DNA of 64,000 bases, taken from assembly GCA_030424715.1 (NCBI GenBank), contig JAUHWH010000002.1, positions 147,080 to 211,079 of the forward strand, written 5' to 3'. The first letter of the stretch is position 1. Every line of letters begins with the position of its first letter. The notes under the pieces were generated by a model that was not told the origin of the DNA, did no database searches, and worked only from the letters and a program-made list of their open reading frames with translations. Below, piece by piece: positions 19,177 to 26,024 of the stretch. Position numbers and translations under genes: made by a program. Source of the stretch: Bdellovibrionia bacterium (GTDB taxonomy: Bacteria > Bdellovibrionota > Bdellovibrionia > Bdellovibrionales > JAGQZY01).

Positions 19177-21147
19177 GTGGATTCGGTGTTTAAGTTGGCT
19201 TTCTTATTATCAGTTTCTCTGTTTTTTCTACAATTCATTTCGACAAAACCTGCCGGTGCGGCGGATAGTTGCAGTGAAGTTTTCTTAGAACAACGATCAA
19301 TTCTTGCCCACGGATCTTCATCGTTGACAAATCTAAGGCTGCTCAAAAACTATGAGCAGATCGACCCCGAAGTTTCGGTCGCACTGAACAAAGCCCTGTC
19401 TTCCAATTCCGCAAATAGGCGCAAAGAAAGTCAAAGAATTGCGTTACGATATGTAAAAACGCCCTCAAAACGCAACAGCGAGGCTTTACTTGAAGCTCTC
19501 GAAGTTTTAGTACCCATTGCTCTGCGACCAATAGCCCACAAAATCCGAAATCTGGAGCAATTTCACGACATGATGCAGGTGGGACGACTGGCCCTCTGGC
19601 AAGCCATTCTCTCCTTGCGAAAGACCGATGGGGACCTGCTTGAAAATATCTTGTACTGGGAGGGCACGCTTCACAACGTTCGAGCCAGTATCTTTGCAGC
19701 CATGCGCCTGGAATATCGCTCACAATATTCGCTCACGCCCCTTGATTTTCACAAAGGCAAAGAGTTCACCTTTAGAGAAGAAATCCTTCTTTTCGGAGAC
19801 TCACCGCGAGCCCTGCAAACCATAGCGAAAAGATACGATCTTCCCTTGGACCAAGTCCAAAAAGAAAAAGACCTTATCGAGAGATCGATGTGGGAGGAAA
19901 ATGGACAGTTCTCAACAGAAGGAACGGCGGACACCCTTTCGTCACAAGCGCTGGTGCAGACACAAAATCAGGCGGACCGAAAAACATTAACGACGCGCAT
20001 GATGGCTGTGCTCCCCGCCCGCCAAAAGCGAGTGATCCATCTGCGTTTTTTTGAAAATAAAACTCTGGAGGAAACGGGTCTTGAACTTAAGGTAAGTGGA
20101 GGACGAGTTCGGCAGCTGGAACAGAAGGCTCTGAGAAGAATGAACCATCCTTCACTCGCGAGACAAGCCAGAGGTTCTGACCCAACCAACCTCCCCATAA
20201 CCATTGGGCCACGGCATATTCCGGCTCAGCCAAGGGAGTACTGGGACCCGACCTACCGTCGCCTTAGCAAGCTGGAGCAAGAGCAAAAACGGCGAGATGA
20301 CCTCGCCGAAAAAGCCAAGAGGAGAGAAGAGCAATCTCTGATCGCTCGAGCGCAAAAAATAGAAACAGAACGGCGTATCGAACTGATCACCGAACTTTTG
20401 GAGACCCACAATATTGCAAAAATCCTAGAAGTTATAACACTTGATTCAAACACACGAACCAATAGTTATGATTTTGGCTACAAGGAGCAGTTCCCGAAAG
20501 TAGAAATGGCAGGCCTTCGAGTAGCCAGCTTTGATGTTCGCTCAATCCTGCCGAATCGTCCGTGGGGTCTACTGAATCGGAAATTGTACGGGTTTATTGA
20601 AGCTCAACCCGAGAATTTCAACAATGGACAGGGTGAATTGACCCAGCGGTCAGTCGAAGACGCTTTTTACAACCAACGTGAAGAGGGCCTAAAGCAAATG
20701 ACTGGAGAGATCGAACAGCTTGTGGCAACCATTGGTCGCGATGTTGTAGAAACCTTCGATCGTGCCCTTGAATTTGAACTTCAAACAATTTCAAAATTGA
20801 ACCCTTTGTTTGAGGAACTCCGACAAAATGACCTCATCATGCAGAATGGAGAAATTTTCCCGAGACCAACCAGAGGAGACTGGAAGACGGGCTTCCGCCA
20901 AAGAGATGATCTGCCGGTGGAATTAGAAAAAAAACTAGAGTTTTATCAGCTACGAGACTTCTTTTTTCGAAAACTCAGTCAGATGCTTGAGATCCATTTA
21001 GTGAACAATCCCACCCCGATCAATCAGATAAAAGGGAGCCCAGTGGAGGCCCTCTCTTTGCCGGAGACTCGCAGGATGGTGCGGGACCGATATGTTAGGC
21101 AGCTGGCCCAAGCGCAAAGGGAATACAATAATTTCGTTCGGGAATAG
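19177..21147 (+). CDS. Atypical sigma-70-family-like protein with N-terminal hydrophobic leader and long C-terminal extension
   Basis: 656 aa. The region-2-like segment is LVPIALRPIAHKIRNLEQFHDMMQVGRLALWQAILSL. The region-4 HTH is clear: LPARQKRVIHLRFFENKTLEETGLELKVSGGRVRQLEQKALRRM. The N-terminus KLAFLLSVSLFFLQFISTKPAGAAD is Sec-signal/anchor-like. About 320 aa follow region 4, including a charged coiled-coil segment. Confidence 0.6.
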   Translation: MDSVFKLAFLLSVSLFFLQFISTKPAGAADSCSEVFLEQRSILAHGSSSLTNLRLLKNYEQIDPEVSVALNKALSSNSANRRKESQRIALRYVKTPSKRNSEALLEALEVLVPIALRPIAHKIRNLEQFHDMMQVGRLALWQAILSLRKTDGDLLENILYWEGTLHNVRASIFAAMRLEYRSQYSLTPLDFHKGKEFTFREEILLFGDSPRALQTIAKRYDLPLDQVQKEKDLIERSMWEENGQFSTEGTADTLSSQALVQTQNQADRKTLTTRMMAVLPARQKRVIHLRFFENKTLEETGLELKVSGGRVRQLEQKALRRMNHPSLARQARGSDPTNLPITIGPRHIPAQPREYWDPTYRRLSKLEQEQKRRDDLAEKAKRREEQSLIARAQKIETERRIELITELLETHNIAKILEVITLDSNTRTNSYDFGYKEQFPKVEMAGLRVASFDVRSILPNRPWGLLNRKLYGFIEAQPENFNNGQGELTQRSVEDAFYNQREEGLKQMTGEIEQLVATIGRDVVETFDRALEFELQTISKLNPLFEELRQNDLIMQNGEIFPRPTRGDWKTGFRQRDDLPVELEKKLEFYQLRDFFFRKLSQMLEIHLVNNPTPINQIKGSPVEALSLPETRRMVRDRYVRQLAQAQREYNNFVRE

Positions 21148-21335
21148 TGTTGTTTTAGAGGCGAGATGCCTCATCACGAATAAGGTTAATTTATTTAACC
21201 CCTCCACCTTCAACAGTGTACAAGCCTTTGTCACTCGTGGCGAATTTACACTATCGTTGCCTTCGCCCAACAAAAAGCCCAATGAAATGCTATAGTGACA
21301 GTGTGTTCAGTTGTTTTTTGTAAAAACTGTTTTCC

Positions 21336-21737
21336 ATGGAGGATTTTGTGCTTAAAAAATTTTTGGCTGTCTCAACTCTGTCGTTTGCACTAATGAGCGC
21401 TGCTCAGGCCTGCCCTCGACAGACGGTGCAGGGTGTTTTTAAAAAGACGGTTTGCACCCAATCGTCGATGACGGTCGGGGGTTCCAACCAAGAAAGCCCC
21501 GAGGAGTGTCGCCCCGTCATTAAGCTCCCTCCCGCGAACAATATGCGAGTCTGCCAAACAACGACCACCAAGGCCTTTGGGCAAGATGTGATTACGGAAC
21601 AGCACTGCAGTAACGAACCCCCTTTAAAGGACCCCAAGGGCCTCATGAAAAATCTACAACACGGCACTTTCGTAACCCTCACCCTCAGTTGCATGACCAT
21701 CGAGGCTGTGAGTCCACGCGGCACCAACTCGAACTAA
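21336..21737 (+). CDS. Small secreted Cys-rich hypothetical protein
   Basis: 133 aa. Signal peptide KKFLAVSTLSFALMSAAQA, then a mature part with 6 Cys. I recognised no family. Confidence 0.55.
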   Translation: MEDFVLKKFLAVSTLSFALMSAAQACPRQTVQGVFKKTVCTQSSMTVGGSNQESPEECRPVIKLPPANNMRVCQTTTTKAFGQDVITEQHCSNEPPLKDPKGLMKNLQHGTFVTLTLSCMTIEAVSPRGTNSN

Positions 21738-21976
21738 CTTAAAACCTCAATAGCGTCGTAGACTCCGCGAAAACATCAGTTAGCCTGATAAGAATATCCG
21801 CCGATGAACAGACGATAGGTTTCAGTCGAGCCTCACTGGCTCCTATTATTCTCGAGAACCTCTCCTGAAAGCCCTATAATTTCGATTTCAGCCCTTGAAT
21901 TGCCATTTACGACCATTCAGTTGAATGCTCTTGGCCTTGGACTGCGAACTATGGAATTCTGCGAAGCGTAGGGTCC

Positions 21977-22102
21977 ATGAAGAAAAGGACCCTCACTTTG
22001 CCCCAAACCGGAGGAGCTTGCTCCCCCAAAGTTGCCTTTGCCCCCATATTTGAGGGTCACCTTTTGGTGGCCCTCGCCCCCTTTTCTGCGGTATTAAATT
22101 AG
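21977..22102 (+). CDS. Candidate 41-codon leader ORF immediately upstream of the sensor kinase (speculative)
   Basis: Manual translation gives MKKRTLTLPQTGGACSPKVAFAPIFEGHLLVALAPFSAVLN. The stop TAG at 22100-22102 lies 2 nt before the kinase ATG at 22105. The ATG sits in the loop of a gggtcc/ggaccc hairpin (21971-21992). No strong SD. It is below the ORF-track size cut-off. Confidence 0.2.
   Translation: MKKRTLTLPQTGGACSPKVAFAPIFEGHLLVALAPFSAVLN
22052..22075 (+). promoter_or_regulatory. 10-bp stem-loop in the kinase leader (possible attenuator or structure element)
   Basis: gagggtcacc-tttt-ggtggccctc, with one G-U pair as RNA, followed by gcccccttttctg. It lies 30 nt upstream of the kinase start. 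Confidence 0.3.
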
Positions 22103-22104
22103 GC

Positions 22105-23256
22105 ATGGATGATTTGGAGAAAAAATTGGAATTGGAAGCCGAAAAGCTAAAACTCTCAGTACCGGAAAGGCCGGCCCCGCTAGACGATGGAAGGTCGAAC
22201 CCCTCCCCGCCTCAGCGCATCTCGGAGCTTTGGTCAGAGTCGGACTCGTTCCAAAAATTAGCTTTGTTTGCCATTGCCTGCTTTTTTGGCCCGGTTTTAA
22301 CCTTCTTGCTTTTGAGTAACCCGCAGTGGTCGATTTCTATGAAATTGAACCTTTCGGTCCCCGTCTACATATCTTCTCTTTATATCTTTTTTACTCTCTA
22401 TGATCAGTTAGTGAACCGCATCGTCGTTCAAATCGCTGGCGGTAAGCCTCGCCCCAGTATTCCCGTGGAGTTTGTTAAGTTTTTTCTCACCTTAGCGACC
22501 ACTGCCGTTTACCAGTACACTTTTATTTACGAGCCCGTCCTCCATTACCAACGCCCCCGTGACTTTACATTGCTTTTTGTGACCATCGCGCTTTACTCCA
22601 TGGTGGCGGCTTCCATTTTTTATCAGTTTCGAAAAATGAAAGACATCGCTCTAAAATCGAAAGTCGCCCAGGCCGAGGCCCAATACTCTATTCTCGAAAG
22701 CCAGATGCAGCCCCACTTTTTGTTCAACTCTCTTAACGTGCTGTCAGAGCTGATTTATGTCGATCCGGACCTTGCTGCTGCCATGACCCAGAAGATGGCC
22801 GATCTTTATCGTGAGATCCTTAATAATTCGAAGACCAAGTTTTCAACTTTAGAATCGGAGATTTCGATTCTTAAAAAATACGTGGAGATCCAGAAGATTC
22901 GGTTTGGAGACCGCATTCAGTTGAGTGTCGACGTCTCCCCGGCTTTTTACACCTTACAGATCCCCAGTTTGATGCTGCAAACCCTGGTGGAAAATGCCAT
23001 CAAACACGGGCTTGCTCCCAAGAAAGATGGCGGCGCTATTTTTTTGACCGTACAAAAAGTGGGTCAGCTGTTTGAAGTCTGCGTCTCGAACACGGGAGTG
23101 CTTTATAAAGGCCACACCGAATCCAAACGCAGCACCGGACTGCAGAACACTAAAAACCGCCTTGAGCTGACCTATGGTAGCAAAAACTCATTTCGAATTT
23201 ATTCAGACGAAAAACGCACTTATGTGAAATTTCTCATAACAGGGAGGACCTCATGA
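22105..23256 (+). CDS. Sensor histidine kinase, LytS/YehU/AlgZ(FimS)-type (His_kinase PF06580-like)
   Basis: 383 aa with several N-terminal TM helices. The H-box region QMQPHFLFNSLNVLSELI and the ATPase N-box QTLVENAIKHG are typical of LytS-family kinases that pair with LytTR regulators. Confidence 0.85.
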   Translation: MDDLEKKLELEAEKLKLSVPERPAPLDDGRSNPSPPQRISELWSESDSFQKLALFAIACFFGPVLTFLLLSNPQWSISMKLNLSVPVYISSLYIFFTLYDQLVNRIVVQIAGGKPRPSIPVEFVKFFLTLATTAVYQYTFIYEPVLHYQRPRDFTLLFVTIALYSMVAASIFYQFRKMKDIALKSKVAQAEAQYSILESQMQPHFLFNSLNVLSELIYVDPDLAAAMTQKMADLYREILNNSKTKFSTLESEISILKKYVEIQKIRFGDRIQLSVDVSPAFYTLQIPSLMLQTLVENAIKHGLAPKKDGGAIFLTVQKVGQLFEVCVSNTGVLYKGHTESKRSTGLQNTKNRLELTYGSKNSFRIYSDEKRTYVKFLITGRTS

Positions 23257-23987
23257 CAAAAATTTTAATCGTAGACGACGAGCTATTGAGCCGAAAAAAA
23301 ATTCGACGCTTCTTAGACCAACGCTCAGAGTCTTTCGAAATTCTAGAAGCTAGCAACGGAGTGGAAGCCCTCAACATTATTGAGAGCAATCACCCGGACA
23401 TCGTCTTCTTAGACATCGAAATGCCCGAGATGAATGGTATGGACTTGATTCAGACCATTGGCACTCCACGCTTCAAGCTCATTTTTCAAACCGCTTACAG
23501 CGAGTTCGCGGTGGAGGCTTTCGAGAAAAACGCTTTGGATTATATCTTGAAGCCCTTCAATCAAGAGCGCTTCGATCAAGCGCTCGACAAAGGTTTAGAA
23601 AGCACCACCAGCCCACAACAGCTCATCGGTCTCACCGACACGCTGACCAAAGATGAAGTTTACTTAACGAAAGTGGTTGTGAAGCGAGGCATGAAAAACA
23701 CCCTCATTCCGGTGGAGGATGTGCTTTGGTTTAAGAGCGAAAACCACTACACTTATGTTTGCACTAAAGAGTTCGAGTATATCTACTCTGAGCCATTGAA
23801 AGACCTTACGGCAAAACTCAACCCCAACCAGTTTATGCAGGTGCATCGCAACGCCATCGTTAATTCGCAGTACATCAAAGATATTATCCAAGGCGATAAT
23901 ATGAAGCTGGTCTTAGACAACGGCGCCGAAGTCCCAGTCTCCCGTTCCAACAAAAAGGTGATCAAAGAGCGAATCCTGCAGCACTAA
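23253..23987 (+). CDS. LytTR-family response regulator (REC + LytTR DNA-binding domain)
   Basis: REC domain (ILIVDDE, DIVFLDIEMPEMNG, YILKP) followed by a LytTR domain (VLWFKSENHYTYV, QVHRNAIVN). ATGA overlap with the kinase stop. Confidence 0.9.
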   Translation: MTKILIVDDELLSRKKIRRFLDQRSESFEILEASNGVEALNIIESNHPDIVFLDIEMPEMNGMDLIQTIGTPRFKLIFQTAYSEFAVEAFEKNALDYILKPFNQERFDQALDKGLESTTSPQQLIGLTDTLTKDEVYLTKVVVKRGMKNTLIPVEDVLWFKSENHYTYVCTKEFEYIYSEPLKDLTAKLNPNQFMQVHRNAIVNSQYIKDIIQGDNMKLVLDNGAEVPVSRSNKKVIKERILQH

Positions 23988-24019
23988 AACACCCTTTTAG
24001 AACATCACCTCAAACCAAC

Positions 24020-24048
24020 AGCCCGGACGCACTCCGGGCTTTTTTTTA
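24020..24048 (+). terminator. Rho-independent terminator after the LytTR regulator gene
   Basis: agcccgga-cgcac-tccgggct, followed by a run of 8 T. Confidence 0.7.
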
Positions 24049-24513
24049 TTTACGGCGATGCTTTTTGATGATGACTGTGAGTAGGACGGCAAAGATCACC
24101 ACCACCGGTAGCGAGTATAGGACGCCCAGGCCACTGACTTGCACCATATAGATCAAGAGCGCACCATCGGTGAGTTGATCAATGAAAGAACCCTCGTTCA
24201 TCCAGACGATGGAGACTACGAAAAATAGAAAAGCGGTCAAGAAAGACACCACTAAACAGCATACGATGGCCCACACAAGGAGAGGGCCCCCCTTAGCCGA
24301 TGACAGAGGCTTTTTAAATAGCAAACCACCGATCAACATCGAGAGCCCAAAGCCCAAAAATGACAATTTGAGGTATTCGAACAAACGACTTAAAAAAACC
24401 AGCAGGGAGTCGTTGTCATGGTAAAACCCGGCCACCACGCTTGCCGTCAATAGGTAAGCGAGTAGGCCTAGGACGATAACGAAAGAAAAGAGCGAGCTCG
24501 TCGATGAGTTCAT
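24046..24513 (-). CDS. Hypothetical integral membrane protein (about 4 TM helices)
   Basis: 155 aa, strongly hydrophobic with four predicted helices and a basic C-terminus KKHRRK. No recognisable family. Confidence 0.55.
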   Translation of the reverse strand: MNSSTSSLFSFVIVLGLLAYLLTASVVAGFYHDNDSLLVFLSRLFEYLKLSFLGFGLSMLIGGLLFKKPLSSAKGGPLLVWAIVCCLVVSFLTAFLFFVVSIVWMNEGSFIDQLTDGALLIYMVQVSGLGVLYSLPVVVIFAVLLTVIIKKHRRK

Positions 24514-24540
24514 CGATTCAAAAAGACCCAGAGACTTTGA

Positions 24541-25041
24541 TCATTTCAAAGTCTTTAGTAATTGTTGCCGGGCGGCCACTCGATTTTGGTGTCTAACCAA
24601 AGCCGCTTTGTTTCTACGAATTTCTTCTTCGCTCTGGGGATCCACGGGAGCCACTGGGGTGGGCTTGCCATGGGAATCTAAGGCCACAAAGGTCAGATAG
24701 GCCGACGCCGTATGGAAGGTTTCATTGGTTGTTGGATTCTCAGCATCCACCCGCACACCGATCTCCATAGAACTTCGACCGGTGAAGTTGGCGCTGGCCT
24801 TCAAGTTGACCACCCACCCCTGGTAAACCGGGGCCACGAAAGTGAGTTCATCCACATGCGCAGTGACCACTTGTTTTTGGGAGTGGCGCTGGGCACAAAT
24901 AGCCGCTGCGATATCCACCCATGACATAATCGTGCCACCAAAAATGGTCCCCATGGAGTTGGTATGGGAGGGCAGTACCAGTTCAGTCATAATCACCTTC
25001 GAGAGAGAGACCGGGCGAGGATCCATGCAAACCACCTTCAT
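24541..25041 (-). CDS. Acyl-CoA thioesterase (hotdog fold, YciA/BFIT-like)
   Basis: ELVLPSHTNSMGTIFGGTIMSWVDIAAAICAQRH is the typical acyl-CoA hydrolase hotdog motif. The probable start is the ATG at 25041 or 25026. The track start (25110) adds an unlikely N-terminal extension. Confidence 0.8.
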   Translation of the reverse strand: MKVVCMDPRPVSLSKVIMTELVLPSHTNSMGTIFGGTIMSWVDIAAAICAQRHSQKQVVTAHVDELTFVAPVYQGWVVNLKASANFTGRSSMEIGVRVDAENPTTNETFHTASAYLTFVALDSHGKPTPVAPVDPQSEEEIRRNKAALVRHQNRVAARQQLLKTLK

Positions 25042-25111
25042 GTTAGAAAACAAAAAAAAATCGACCCTCAGCTTGTACTGTTTTAGGTCGATTTTGTCAT
25101 TGATATTCAAA

Positions 25112-25142
25112 TAAAATCAAAAGGCCTCAATCAATGAGGCCT
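25112..25142 (-). terminator. Rho-independent terminator after the LuxR-type gene
   Basis: Minus strand: aggcctca-ttgat-tgaggcct, followed by tttgatttta. Confidence 0.6.
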
Positions 25143-25154
25143 CATTAAAAGGAA

Positions 25155-25595
25155 TTAGATGCCGAAAACACCCATGCCACCGTTACCGCTGCCGGTTCCT
25201 GTGTCGGAACCTGTTCCGCCACCAGTACCACCGGTTTGGTTTTGGTTTTGATTCTGGTTGTTGATGTTCGAAGTCACAGTAGTGTTACCCGCTGGGATAG
25301 AATCAATTCCACCAGTTTGAGGAGTGTTTGTCCCCGTGTTCCCTGCAGCGTTGATCTGATTCGAGTTGTTTTGAGCTTCAACAAAACCCATGTGTGGTAG
25401 GCACCATACAATAAGCTGAGCTCTCGACTTGACCTGCATCTTCTTATAGATATTGGTTAGGTGGAACTTGACTGTTTTTTCTGTAACGAACAGTCTATTT
25501 GCAACTTCCTTGTTGGAGAGGCCTTTTGAAACCAACTCTGCAACCTCGGCTTCTCTATTGGACAAACCCTTCTGTATTAGGACATCTCTGAGCAT
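25155..25595 (-). CDS. Stand-alone LuxR/GerE-type HTH protein with N/Q/G/T-rich low-complexity C-terminal tail
   Basis: The first ~65 aa are a complete GerE HTH (LSNREAEVAELVSKGLSNKEVANRLFVTEKTVKFHLTNIYKKMQVKSRAQL). The remaining ~80 aa are NNSNQINAAGNTGTNTPQTGG...NINNQNQNQNQTGGTGGGTGSDTGTGSGNGGMGVFGI. GGGAG RBS before the ATG. Confidence 0.8.
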   Translation of the reverse strand: MLRDVLIQKGLSNREAEVAELVSKGLSNKEVANRLFVTEKTVKFHLTNIYKKMQVKSRAQLIVWCLPHMGFVEAQNNSNQINAAGNTGTNTPQTGGIDSIPAGNTTVTSNINNQNQNQNQTGGTGGGTGSDTGTGSGNGGMGVFGI

Positions 25596-26024
25596 CCTTG
25601 CTCCCTTCGTTTAGTTTGGTGTTTACTTTGGCTTAACGTCTATGTTTCGCCACTCTTAAAGTCTGGCAAGGAGTCGAACTTTTGACAAGCCCCCTAGACA
25701 AAAAAACGTAAAACTGGACTAAGAAATCAAAAAATCCTGACAATTCCATAATAAATATTTGGAGTCACTCAAAAATATTGTTTCGTTAGAACTAGACTGG
25801 TCGTTCTTTTCGTTCCTAGGCCAAGGGCAAGGTTAAGATCTGTAAGGTTCTTATTTTGTTTTTCACATCTTTTTTTTAACACTATGAATCTAATTGCCTG
25901 AAAAACAGGGCTCGAGAATCCAACGCGAACACATTATTGTTACGCACTTTGATTACAGGGAAATATTATGTATCACTCTTTGCTAAAAATACCACTTGCC
26001 TACTCACCAAAAGCACAGCCAATT

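Noticed and set aside
21781-21807. A sigma-28-like -10 element (GCCGATGA at 21800-21807) in the leader upstream of the kinase.
   Set aside because: The corresponding -35 at the 15-nt spacing is TAGC rather than TAAA. One half-site match in 367 bp is expected by chance, so it is not reported as a promoter.
21998-22021. An LPQTG sortase-like motif and a GGAC lipobox-like motif inside the 41-codon leader ORF.
   Set aside because: There is no hydrophobic signal segment before them and the host looks Gram-negative. These are almost certainly coincidental.
25232-25270. A tandem ggttttggttttg / gattctggttg repeat that looks like a microsatellite.
   Set aside because: It lies inside the LuxR-type CDS and encodes the NQNQNQNQ tract (minus strand). 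It is coding low complexity, not an intergenic repeat or a CRISPR-like array.
25596-26024. A possible c-di-GMP (GEMM-I) riboswitch or other known RNA in the long AT-rich region upstream of the LuxR-type gene.
   Set aside because: The minus-strand reading shows no GEMM-like GGCAAACC / GCAAAGCC elements and no convincing extended helices. It is kept only as context in the LuxR finding.
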